A DNA stretch of 64,000 nucleotides from Bacteroidales bacterium UBA4070 (GTDB lineage: Bacteria; Bacteroidota; Bacteroidia; Bacteroidales; VadinHA17), in the NCBI GenBank assembly GCA_002383485.1, contig DFYY01000012.1, forward strand, positions 37,717 to 101,716, given 5' to 3'. The notes under the pieces are model-generated. The model was not told the DNA's origin, searched no databases, and saw only the letters and a program-made list of their open reading frames with translations. Each line of letters starts with the position of its first letter. Positions within the stretch are counted from its first letter, which is position 1. This document shows, one piece after another, positions 19,276-28,475 of the stretch. A program made the position numbers and the translations under genes.

Positions 19276-20316
19276 ATGGGGAAAAAGGTTAAAAACAAAG
19301 ACATTGCCGCAAGACTAGGTCTTTCAGGCACATTAGTATCATTAGTGCTGAACAATAAGGCAGATCAGCACGGAATCAAGAAAGAAACACAGGAGAGGGT
19401 GCTTGCAGTGGCGAAGCAGATGGGCTATTTCAATGCTGCTGCCGAGAAGGGTGAGACGGTACCGGCGGAGGAGAAGCCCGGGATCATCGGAATGGTGGTT
19501 CCCTCGATGAATGATCCGTTCATCTATGAGATTACCCCGTACCTGCAAAAGGCTTTCTCAAGTATAGGCCTTGGATTTTCAGTCTTTACCAGGGATCCGG
19601 ACGACATGCGTTTCAACAGGCTGACAACCTCACTGAAAAAGTTTTTCAGCGGAATGATCCTGGTTGGTAACGCAGCGGATGACAACGTGGTAAGAGCACT
19701 GAACCGTGACTCATACCCGGTTGTTTTGCTTGAGAAGAGCATAAAGAGGATGAGGCTTAATACTGTCTGCTCAGACAGGATTGCCGGTGCCGCCATAATG
19801 ACACAGCATCTCACATCACTCGGGCTTAAGAATCTTCTGATAATCTCAGGAGAGGATTCCGCTTCATACGACAAGGAGATGCTGGAGGAGCTCAGAAATT
19901 CGACTAAGAAGTCCAAAAACTTTGATTCGGTGCACTTTACCGTTGCTGAGCTGCCGAAAGCCGGGGATAAGTTTGATTTTACAGCGATAGAGAATTTCCT
20001 GAGACCACCACACAGGAGTGATGCAATCATTGTGCTTAATTCCCCGCTGGTATTCCCGCTTTACCTGGCACTGCAGGCCAAGAATATACGGATACCGCAG
20101 GATGTGGCACTTGTCTCCATGGAAGACGGAATTGGTTTTGACCTTCTGACCACTCCGGTCACCAGGTTGCGCAGACCCCTGGCAGCTATGTCACTCAAGG
20201 TTGCCAACATCATCTGGTCCGAGGTCAAGAATAAGGGCAAGAGCAAATATAAGCGCCAGGTCAACATGGCTCCCGAGCTTCTTATCAGGAGCAGTTGCGG
20301 CTCTTATCAAAAATAA
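19276..20316 (+). CDS. LacI family transcriptional regulator
   Basis: 346 aa. N-terminal HTH (IAARLGLSGTLVSLVLNNK) plus a periplasmic-binding-protein-like effector domain. Confidence 0.8.
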   Translation: MGKKVKNKDIAARLGLSGTLVSLVLNNKADQHGIKKETQERVLAVAKQMGYFNAAAEKGETVPAEEKPGIIGMVVPSMNDPFIYEITPYLQKAFSSIGLGFSVFTRDPDDMRFNRLTTSLKKFFSGMILVGNAADDNVVRALNRDSYPVVLLEKSIKRMRLNTVCSDRIAGAAIMTQHLTSLGLKNLLIISGEDSASYDKEMLEELRNSTKKSKNFDSVHFTVAELPKAGDKFDFTAIENFLRPPHRSDAIIVLNSPLVFPLYLALQAKNIRIPQDVALVSMEDGIGFDLLTTPVTRLRRPLAAMSLKVANIIWSEVKNKGKSKYKRQVNMAPELLIRSSCGSYQK

Positions 20317-20322
20317 TGTTCA

Positions 20323-22944
20323 ATGATTTGGATCATCAGGCTGCCGGCTTTATTGATCATGGCAGTGCTGCTCTCATGCAGCGGAAGTCATCTTATTGAT
20401 GACAACTCTTTGCGAAAAGCAATAACTGACGACTTCAGGTCGCGGTCTGAGATTCACGGAACTGTCCGCAGTGATCTGTTCGGCATGGCTGACACCATAA
20501 GGGATAGTGAACTGCGTGAGGCTGTAATCTTCCTGCTTGCATACATGCCACTGAGCGATATGGCTGTATATGAACCGGATTACCTGGCGGCCAATGCCTC
20601 CACTGCCATTCGTTCAAGGAACGAGATGCCATGGGGAGAGAAAGTCCCGGTTGATATCTTCCTGAATTTTGTTCTTCCGACGCGGGTAAACAATGAGAAC
20701 CCTGATGACTTCAGGACTGTGTATTACACCGAACTGAAGGATCGTGTTCAGGGATTGGGTGCCATGGAGGCCGCACTTGAAATAAACAGGTGGTGTCATG
20801 AGAAGGTTGCCTACCAGGCTGCCGATTCACGCACATCATCACCCCTGGCTACGATGCTGTCTGCCCGGGGACGGTGCGGTGAGGAATCCACATTCACGGT
20901 ATCCGCCCTTCGGGCAGTGTGCATACCGGCACGACAGGTATACACGCCGCGCTGGGCGCATACAAATGACAATCACGCATGGGTTGAGTTCTGGATTGAC
21001 GGTGCATGGCATTATCTTGGAGCTTGCGAGCCAGAGCCTGTGCCGGACCGCGGATGGTTCACGGAACCGGCCAGGAGAGCAATGCTGGTTCACACGAACG
21101 CCTTCGGCTATTATGGAGGAGATGAAAGGGTTATCAGGAAGGAACGGCTATTTACCGAGATAAATACCCTCGGGCGCTACGCTGAGACCAAAGAGCTGAA
21201 GGTCAGAGTGAAGGATACCTCCGGCAAACTGGTCCGGGGTGCCATGGCCGGATACTTGCTTTACAACTATGCGGAGTTTTATCCTCTTGCCAGGCTGGAA
21301 TGTGACAGCAGTGGCGAGTGCAGCCTCCTCACCGGATTCGGTACTCTGCTGATCTGGGCTGATGACGGGGAACAATCCGGTTTTGTGCTGGCATCTCCCT
21401 CAGATACAATTGTCGAAGTTACAATAGATTCTGAATTCCGGACAACGCCTTTCACTGAATTTCTCCTGGCACCACCGGTTCCTGAGCCATTTCCGGGTAT
21501 TGATCCTGAGCAAGTGCGGATAAATAATAAGTTACTCAGAAGGGGCGACAGCATCAGACAATCATACATAAATACATGGATGGCGGATATCAGCGCAGAG
21601 GATATTGCACATGAAGCAGGTCTTCAGGCTGAAACCGTAAGCCGGCTGCTGACGTCATCTATGGGCAATTACAGGGCTGTGGCCGGGTTTATTGAAGGAG
21701 CAGGAGAGAGGGCCGGACTGGCTACCCGGATACTTGAAAACATTTCCGGTAAGGACCTTCGGGACACACCTGCCGCTGTGCTTGCCGATCACCTTGCAAA
21801 TGCACCTGAACCGGCGCCGGGAACAGATACCGCACTGTATGACAGATATGTACTGTCACCCAGAATCTCTGACGAACTGCTGTCGGCCTTCAGGACTGCA
21901 TTCCGGGATCTGCCATCAGACCTGACGGAGTCATTCCGGACCGATCCTTCCTCTGCAGTGGCATGGATTGATACGGCTATTGTGATAACTGATACTGAGA
22001 ACCATTATGCCACACCTCTGATTCCTGCCGGGGTACTGAGGCTCAGAATAGCTGACAGTCACTCCAGGGATATATTTTTTGTGGCTCTTTGCCGCAGCCT
22101 CGGCATCCCCTCACGGCTCTCCCCGGGAATGCGAAGGCCCCAATACCATATGGCCGGAGAATGGCATGACGTGCGGTTTGACGGGGAGCCAGGGTCATCT
22201 GAAACACCAGCCTTCATCACCTTTATAAATGAATCCCGCATGGACGGGTCAGCGGAACCGGAGTATCATGTCAATTTCACGCTTGCACTCTGTGAGAAAG
22301 GCAGGTTCAGGACCATTGATTACGGATACGGAAAGAAAATCAGTGACATGACTGAACGCATTCCCCTTGACCCGGGGACCTATATGCTTACAATCGGAAA
22401 CAGGAATGATGCCGGCAACGTTATGACCTCGGTCACATTCCTGGAACTTAATCCCGGAGAAGATCTGCCGGTAAAGGTTATCATCCCTGATTTTCCTGAA
22501 GAAAACGCCGCAGGATTCTCTATAAGTCTTGATCACACACTGACCTCCGTGTCAGGGGCAAAGGCCCCGCTGGATTCAATCTCCGGCAGAGGAGTGGTAC
22601 TGGTCTGGATCGAACCGGGAAGGGAACCAACAAGGCACCTTCTGAATGATATACCGGCTCTGAAACATGAATTTGACAGTTGGGGAGGGTGGTTTGTATT
22701 TCTCACAGATCCGGAAAGAACTCCGGGTGGATATAACCCTGAATCTGTTACAGGCACTCCGGTGAATGCATTTTTTGCTACTGATCCGGGGTTGGAGTTC
22801 CTGTCAACGGTTCCCGGGAAAAAACCTGAAGAGAGACTATGGCCGGTAGTCCTCTATTGCGACGGAGCCGGAAAAGTTCTCTTCTCATCCGAGGGATACC
22901 GGATCGGTACAGGCCAGCTCTTGCTCAGGAAAATCAGAAACTGA
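20323..22944 (+). CDS. transglutaminase-core (PNGase-like) lipoprotein with degenerate thioredoxin-like C-terminal domain
   Basis: 873 aa. Lipobox LLSCSG. Transglutaminase-fold motif ARGRCGEESTF...DNHAWVEFW. The C-terminal segment VVLVWIEPGREPTRHLLNDIPALKHEF resembles a TlpA-like fold that lacks CxxC. Confidence 0.65.
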   Translation: MIWIIRLPALLIMAVLLSCSGSHLIDDNSLRKAITDDFRSRSEIHGTVRSDLFGMADTIRDSELREAVIFLLAYMPLSDMAVYEPDYLAANASTAIRSRNEMPWGEKVPVDIFLNFVLPTRVNNENPDDFRTVYYTELKDRVQGLGAMEAALEINRWCHEKVAYQAADSRTSSPLATMLSARGRCGEESTFTVSALRAVCIPARQVYTPRWAHTNDNHAWVEFWIDGAWHYLGACEPEPVPDRGWFTEPARRAMLVHTNAFGYYGGDERVIRKERLFTEINTLGRYAETKELKVRVKDTSGKLVRGAMAGYLLYNYAEFYPLARLECDSSGECSLLTGFGTLLIWADDGEQSGFVLASPSDTIVEVTIDSEFRTTPFTEFLLAPPVPEPFPGIDPEQVRINNKLLRRGDSIRQSYINTWMADISAEDIAHEAGLQAETVSRLLTSSMGNYRAVAGFIEGAGERAGLATRILENISGKDLRDTPAAVLADHLANAPEPAPGTDTALYDRYVLSPRISDELLSAFRTAFRDLPSDLTESFRTDPSSAVAWIDTAIVITDTENHYATPLIPAGVLRLRIADSHSRDIFFVALCRSLGIPSRLSPGMRRPQYHMAGEWHDVRFDGEPGSSETPAFITFINESRMDGSAEPEYHVNFTLALCEKGRFRTIDYGYGKKISDMTERIPLDPGTYMLTIGNRNDAGNVMTSVTFLELNPGEDLPVKVIIPDFPEENAAGFSISLDHTLTSVSGAKAPLDSISGRGVVLVWIEPGREPTRHLLNDIPALKHEFDSWGGWFVFLTDPERTPGGYNPESVTGTPVNAFFATDPGLEFLSTVPGKKPEERLWPVVLYCDGAGKVLFSSEGYRIGTGQLLLRKIRN

Positions 22945-22950
22945 ATCTAT

Positions 22951-25143
22951 ATGAAAAGTCTCTTTCCGGTTGTTGCATCCGCGATGATGGCAATGGTGTC
23001 ATGCACGTCACCCTCACAGGGTGATCTCACACAGTTTGTTGATCCTTTCATCGGCACGGCTGCCCACGGTCATGTCTTCCCCGGTGCGACCACTCCGTTC
23101 GGCATGGTGCAGCTCAGTCCCGACAACGGTACTTCAGGATGGGACTGGTGCTCGGGGTATAACTATTCTGACTCACTCATTGCAGGCTTCAGTCATACCC
23201 ATCTCAGCGGCACCGGGATTGGCGACCTGTGTGACATTTTATTTTTGCCATCTATGCATACATTCAGTCTCACTTTGCCTGACAGTACATATTCACTGGC
23301 GAAGCTGAACAGGACCCTCTTTTCACATGAGGCGGAGCAGGCCTGTCCGGGTTATTATGCCGTAGCCCTTTCCAGTGGGGTTGATGCAGAGCTGACAGCC
23401 ACACCCCGTTGTGGTGTTCAGAGGTATACCGCGGTCATGGATGGTATCATGAGCGTTTTGGTAGACCTTGGCTTTGCCATTAACTGGGACAGGCCTGTGG
23501 ATTGCAGGCTTGAGTGGGATGGTCGCACTCTTGCCGGCAGGCGCATCTCTGCCGGATGGGCTGAGAAACAGTATCTCTTTTTCTCCTCGGAGTTTTCAGC
23601 GAAGCCTGAATCTGTCACCATGGTTGATGCAGGAACCATCACCGGTGCAACAGAGGCAGAAGGCCGCAATATAGCCTGCATCCTTACTTTCGGGATGAAG
23701 AAGGGGGAGGAACTGATCATCCGTACCGGTCTTTCCGCTGTGGATGAGTCCGGTGCAAAGAATAACCTGGCAACTGAGATGACCGGCTGGGATTTTGCCG
23801 GAGTAGCGGCGGCAGCCCGGCAGGCATGGCAGAAGCGCCTTCAGGTAATCCGAGCCGAATCAACTGACTCCGCACTTCTCCGGGTGTTCTACACCTCATT
23901 GTACCATACTATGATCGCACCAAATCTTTACAATGACACAGATGGCAGGTACAGGGGCACTGACGGAGGAATACACAATGCCGAAGGATTTACCAATTAT
24001 ACTGTCTTCTCACTCTGGGACACATACCGTGCCGCCCATCCGCTTTTTACAATTACCGTTCCTGAGATGGTGCCGGACTTCATCAATACAATGCTCAACA
24101 TCAGGGAAGAGCAGGGGAAGTTGCCCGTATGGTCGTTGGCCGGCAATGAAACCAACTGCATGATCGGCTACCATGCCGTACCGGTGCTGGCAGATGCCGT
24201 ACACAAGAAATTTACCGGTTTTGATTATGGGGCAGCTCTTGACGCATCTGTCCATTCGGCCTCGCTTGACTTTCGCGGGCTGGATCATTACCGCAATTTT
24301 GGATATATACCATCCGAACTGGAGAATGAATCTGTGGCCAAGACTATGGAGTACAGCATTGATGACTGGTGTATCTCACAGATGGCATCAGACATGGGTA
24401 TGCAGGATCTGGCCTCCCGGTTCCAGGAGAGGTCACGAAATTACCGTAACCTGTTTGACATCACTATCCTTTTTGTCAGGGGCAGGATGAGTGACGGAAC
24501 CTGGAGACCTGATTTTGATCCGCTCTACTCTCATCACACCCGTTCAGACTTTACGGAGGGCAACGGATGGCAGTACTCCTGGCTCGCACCTCATGACGTT
24601 GACGGACTGATATCACTCTTCGGAGGGAAGGAGGTCTTTCTCCACAGGCTCGATTCTCTTTTCACTGTAAATGAAGAGGTTAAGGGAGAAAACCGCTCAC
24701 CTGACATCAGCGGACTGATTGGTCAGTATGCTCACGGGAACGAACCGTCGCATCATATCGCCTACTTTTTTACTATGGCCGGTGCACCGGAAAGGACTGA
24801 AACGATGGTGCGCAGGATCATGAATGAGATGTACACAGACGCAAAGGATGGTATATGCGGGAACGAGGACTGCGGTCAGATGTCAGCCTGGTATGTCTTC
24901 TCCGCCATGGGTTTCTACCCGGTCAACCCGGCTGACGGCCGTTTCATCATTGGGAGTCCCGTACTGGACAGGGCCTCTGTGACACTTCCCGGAGGGAAGC
25001 AGTTCACCGTTGTTGCAGAGGGCAACTCTCCGTCCGCCGTCAATGTTTCTTCACTTTTTTTCAACGGAGAGAAGCTTGAGCGCAACTATATAACCTATGA
25101 GGAGGTTATGGCCGGCGGGGAGCTCAGATTCGTGATGAAATAA
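22951..25143 (+). CDS. GH92 family glycoside hydrolase (alpha-mannosidase type) lipoprotein
   Basis: 730 aa. Lipobox MVSCTS. GH92 motifs FVDPFIGT..GHVFPGATTPFGMVQLSPD and HGNEPSHHIAYFF. Confidence 0.9.
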   Translation: MKSLFPVVASAMMAMVSCTSPSQGDLTQFVDPFIGTAAHGHVFPGATTPFGMVQLSPDNGTSGWDWCSGYNYSDSLIAGFSHTHLSGTGIGDLCDILFLPSMHTFSLTLPDSTYSLAKLNRTLFSHEAEQACPGYYAVALSSGVDAELTATPRCGVQRYTAVMDGIMSVLVDLGFAINWDRPVDCRLEWDGRTLAGRRISAGWAEKQYLFFSSEFSAKPESVTMVDAGTITGATEAEGRNIACILTFGMKKGEELIIRTGLSAVDESGAKNNLATEMTGWDFAGVAAAARQAWQKRLQVIRAESTDSALLRVFYTSLYHTMIAPNLYNDTDGRYRGTDGGIHNAEGFTNYTVFSLWDTYRAAHPLFTITVPEMVPDFINTMLNIREEQGKLPVWSLAGNETNCMIGYHAVPVLADAVHKKFTGFDYGAALDASVHSASLDFRGLDHYRNFGYIPSELENESVAKTMEYSIDDWCISQMASDMGMQDLASRFQERSRNYRNLFDITILFVRGRMSDGTWRPDFDPLYSHHTRSDFTEGNGWQYSWLAPHDVDGLISLFGGKEVFLHRLDSLFTVNEEVKGENRSPDISGLIGQYAHGNEPSHHIAYFFTMAGAPERTETMVRRIMNEMYTDAKDGICGNEDCGQMSAWYVFSAMGFYPVNPADGRFIIGSPVLDRASVTLPGGKQFTVVAEGNSPSAVNVSSLFFNGEKLERNYITYEEVMAGGELRFVMK

Positions 25144-25199
25144 CCAGCCTGTTATCACATTGTTGATAATTATTAGGGATAATTATCGCTCCTGAGTAT

Positions 25200-25207
25200 T
25201 ACCTTTG
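25200..25207 (+). promoter_or_regulatory. candidate -7 promoter box (TACCTTTG) driving the B12 riboswitch operon
   Basis: Matches TAnnTTTG and ends 5 nt before the riboswitch P1 stem. Confidence 0.45.
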
Positions 25208-25212
25208 TCTTA

Positions 25213-25396
25213 TTCTGGTGCTGCCGGTATTTCGGCAGTGAAAAGGGAACCCTGTGAGAATCAGGGACAGTACCCGCTGCTGTGAAGCCCGTTCCGTCGC
25301 AAGACGGATCATTACAGCCGGAATTCCCGCCACTGTTCGCCATCTGGCGGACGGGAAGGCCCGGTTAGTAGGGATGAGTCAGAAGACCTGCCAGAA
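25213..25396 (+). promoter_or_regulatory. cobalamin (B12) riboswitch
   Basis: P1 stem TTCTGG (25213-25218) pairs with CCAGAA (25391-25396). Conserved core elements are GTGAAAAGGGAACCCTGTGAGAATCAGGGACAGTACCCGCTGCTGT, GCCACTG, GGGAAGGC and the B12-box-like AGTCAGAAGACCTGCC. It sits directly upstream of a TonB-dependent receptor. Confidence 0.88.
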
Positions 25397-25432
25397 GGTA
25401 TCCTGTTGAAGGAGCTTTCGGGAATAAAAGTC

Positions 25433-27427
25433 ATGATAAAGAGGTTATCAGCCTATATCATCCCTGCGTCTCTGAGACGCCTGCCGCTTTCAGCGGTTGC
25501 AGCAATGCTGCTTGTTCTTGTTCCGTTTACCGTAGGTGCGCAGGACATTTTCAGCGAGGATACTGTAAATATAAATGCAGTCACCGTCACTGCCCGGGCG
25601 GCAGCACGGGTTACCCCATATACTGTGGTAGAGATTGACCCTGATCTGATTTCACGCCGTAAGGGAGATGACATGGCAACACTGCTTCAGTCTTCAAGCC
25701 TGCTATATGTAAAACGGTACGGTAATCACGGACTGGCATCAGTTTCAGTCAGGGGGCTTTCAGGCAGCCACACCCTTGTGACCTGGAACGGAATGCCGGT
25801 CAACGCACCCGGCAATGGATACAGTGACTTCACGGTTATCCCGGTTGTGGCAGCTTCGTCAGTACAGATCACATCAGGCGGCTCTGACCTGAATGACCTT
25901 TCCGGCTACCTTGGAGGCAAGGTGGAACTCTCCTCAAAGCCGCTCTTCGGGTCAGGAACTGAAGCCTCGATGAGCCTCAGTGCAGGGAGCTACGGTGACT
26001 ATGGCTCGTCGGCAGTGCTTACGCCGGGCGGGACTAATTTATCTGTCAGGGCCGGCGGATGGGCAAATAAATCACGAAACGATTTTCTCTTCATCAACCG
26101 TGATGCACCGGGAGGAGAGGCACTCATGCGAAGAACCAACGCAGCCTTCTCATCCGGAGGTTTTACAGGTGATATTTTTTACCGGACTGATTACTCCAGG
26201 ATAAGCATGCATGTCTGGTTCAGCGACACGGAACGCGAGCTTCCCGGGCCGGTGACAACGGTACAGCAGGATTTCAACGAGAGGCAGACCGACAGGTCTT
26301 TCAGAGGCGTGGTTAATTATTCACTGGAGCATGGAAGACTCACTGCTGATGTAACAGCCGGCGGTCAGTGTGAGTTCAACAGGTATTACCACATGGTAAC
26401 ATCATACAACGGCGACAACAGCTCGTCATCTGCAATTATAAGGGCGAAGGTTGCTCTGAGGGTCACTCAGAATACCTCGTTGGAATTTCGTGCCGGAGAC
26501 AGCTACGAAAAAGCAGTCACCCTGAGCTACGACGGAGCGGAGATCCGGAATCTGATTTCATTCTCGGTGGCAGGCAGGTCAAATCCCCTGCCGAGGCTGA
26601 ATCTCCTTCTGCAGGCCAGGCAGACGGCAGTGACTGGAATGAAAGTCTCCCCAGAGTTTACTGCAGGGGCTTCATGGCTCATGACCCCCGGCGGTGAGCA
26701 CCTTCTTAAGGCGAGCCTTAGCCGTAATTCCCGGCTTCCGTGCCTTAATGATCTCTATTGGATCCCCGGAGGAAACCCTGACCTCGTTCCTGAGAATGCT
26801 GCAGGAGGGGAAGTCTCCTGGTCTTTCCTCAGGGTATGGCCGTCGGGATCACGGGGCAACTTCGACCTGACTCTTCACGGTTCTCATGTGAACAATCTCA
26901 TACAGTGGGTGCCCGGACAATCGGGACTATGGCAGGCGGAGAATGTAAGGGACGTTAACATCGCCGGGGCAGAAGCCAGGGTTGGAAGGGATCTTTCAAT
27001 CCGAAACTGGATCCTGCGCGGAGTATTCAACTACTCCTTCGCCCGATCGGTTGTTGCCGCTACTGAAGTTGCCAACGACAGGTCACCAGGGCGTCAGCTT
27101 ATCTATGCGCCGTTACATCATGCCAACCTGAATCTCGGAGCCACGGGAAAATGGTTCAGGACAGGCCTTACAGCAGCATGGGAGAGCAGACGCTATACCA
27201 CCTCAGACAACAGCGAGTGGCTGCCAGGATCCCTCATGACTGATGCCTTTGCCGGAGCAGATTTCAGGACAGGTGCAGCAGGATGGAGAGCGGAGATTGC
27301 AGTAAACAACCTCCCCGGACTGGCCACCGAGAGCGTGAGAAACTACCCGATGCCACTCAGAACATTTAAAATAAAACTAACGCTGACCTGGTCAGAAAAA
27401 AAGAAAAAAGATGAAACACGTGATTAA
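25433..27427 (+). CDS. TonB-dependent receptor, BtuB-like (riboswitch-controlled)
   Basis: Signal peptide, then plug-domain motifs (ATLLQSSSLLYVKRYG, SVRGLSGSHTLVTWNGMPVN) and a long beta-barrel. ATG 25433 is preferred over TTG 25406. Confidence 0.85.
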   Translation: MIKRLSAYIIPASLRRLPLSAVAAMLLVLVPFTVGAQDIFSEDTVNINAVTVTARAAARVTPYTVVEIDPDLISRRKGDDMATLLQSSSLLYVKRYGNHGLASVSVRGLSGSHTLVTWNGMPVNAPGNGYSDFTVIPVVAASSVQITSGGSDLNDLSGYLGGKVELSSKPLFGSGTEASMSLSAGSYGDYGSSAVLTPGGTNLSVRAGGWANKSRNDFLFINRDAPGGEALMRRTNAAFSSGGFTGDIFYRTDYSRISMHVWFSDTERELPGPVTTVQQDFNERQTDRSFRGVVNYSLEHGRLTADVTAGGQCEFNRYYHMVTSYNGDNSSSSAIIRAKVALRVTQNTSLEFRAGDSYEKAVTLSYDGAEIRNLISFSVAGRSNPLPRLNLLLQARQTAVTGMKVSPEFTAGASWLMTPGGEHLLKASLSRNSRLPCLNDLYWIPGGNPDLVPENAAGGEVSWSFLRVWPSGSRGNFDLTLHGSHVNNLIQWVPGQSGLWQAENVRDVNIAGAEARVGRDLSIRNWILRGVFNYSFARSVVAATEVANDRSPGRQLIYAPLHHANLNLGATGKWFRTGLTAAWESRRYTTSDNSEWLPGSLMTDAFAGADFRTGAAGWRAEIAVNNLPGLATESVRNYPMPLRTFKIKLTLTWSEKKKKDETRD

Positions 27428-28436
27428 AACCCTAGTCCTTATTGCCCTTGCGCTTCAGATATCCTGTGAACCAGCAGAGAATCCGTCGCTTTTTCCCCGG
27501 GGAGAGGGCATTTTCCTCCTGAATGAGGGGAACTTCAATGCCGGAAACGGGTCGGTTTCGTTTTACAGCACTGAAACCAGACAAATTTACAATGACCTGT
27601 TCAGTGCAGAGAACAAGAGGGCTCTTGGGGATATTCCCTCCTTCATGGCTGTTGACGGGAACAGGGGATTCATCGTAGTAAACAACTCAGGAACCGTTGA
27701 GGCTGTGGATCTGTTAACGATGGAGAGCCTTGGAACCGTCACCGGGCTTAGTTCGCCCAGGCAGATGGTTATTGACGGCAACAACGGTTATGTCAGCAGC
27801 CTTACGGAAGATGAGATTACAGTGATCGATCTTGAGAAGACAGAGAAGTCTGGAAAGCTGGAGATCGGGTCAGCCTCGGAGGCAATGGTCATCACCGGCG
27901 GGAGGCTCTTCTCAGCGCACTGGTCCGGCGGAAACAGCATTGTTGTAACCGATCTGGGATCCGGTGATGTCGTGCGGTCAGTTACCGTCGGGCTTGAGCC
28001 TGAAAGCATGGCACTTGACAAAAACGGCAGGCTTTGGGTGCTTTGCACCGGCGGATGGATGGGAGAGGAGATTCCTAGAATCGTCAGAATCAACATGGTA
28101 ACTCTTGAAAAGGAGGCCGAGTTCTTCTTCAGAACGGTCGATGACAATCCCTCCTCCCTGACGCTCAACGAAGCCAGGGATACTCTCTTTTACCTTGACG
28201 AAGGTGTGAGAAGGATGCCGGTTACGGCCGATGAAATGCCCGCCGTGGCATTTATACCTGCCGGTAACAGGCTGTTTTATAAGCTTCTGATAGGTTCTGA
28301 CGGAAAGATATATGTCACTGATGCCATCGACTATCAGCAGAAGGGAGACCTGCTGATCTACAACCGGGAGGGAGAGTTGCTTGACAGCGAACAGGCAGGA
28401 ATTATACCGGGCTTCATGATACAGAGAGTTGATTAA
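27411..28436 (+). CDS. beta-propeller (YncE-like) surface lipoprotein, possible BtuG-type B12-locus accessory protein
   Basis: 341 aa. Lipobox LQISCE. Repetitive beta-strand-rich blades (GN.G.V.., ...V.D...). It occupies the position directly after the BtuB-like receptor. Confidence 0.55.
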   Translation: MKHVIKTLVLIALALQISCEPAENPSLFPRGEGIFLLNEGNFNAGNGSVSFYSTETRQIYNDLFSAENKRALGDIPSFMAVDGNRGFIVVNNSGTVEAVDLLTMESLGTVTGLSSPRQMVIDGNNGYVSSLTEDEITVIDLEKTEKSGKLEIGSASEAMVITGGRLFSAHWSGGNSIVVTDLGSGDVVRSVTVGLEPESMALDKNGRLWVLCTGGWMGEEIPRIVRINMVTLEKEAEFFFRTVDDNPSSLTLNEARDTLFYLDEGVRRMPVTADEMPAVAFIPAGNRLFYKLLIGSDGKIYVTDAIDYQQKGDLLIYNREGELLDSEQAGIIPGFMIQRVD

Positions 28437-28475
28437 CCACTTTTTGACTAATTTTAGTGCTGAAACAAAAAGATA

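Noticed and set aside
27396-27409. A7-G-A6 tract at the end of the TonB-dependent receptor gene, considered as a possible phase-variation slippage site. It encodes an unusual Lys-rich tail after the terminal LTLTW strand.
   Set aside because: The runs are short. The tract lies immediately before the ATG of the next gene, which fits the A-rich translation-initiation regions common in Bacteroidota. There is no evidence of frame disruption.
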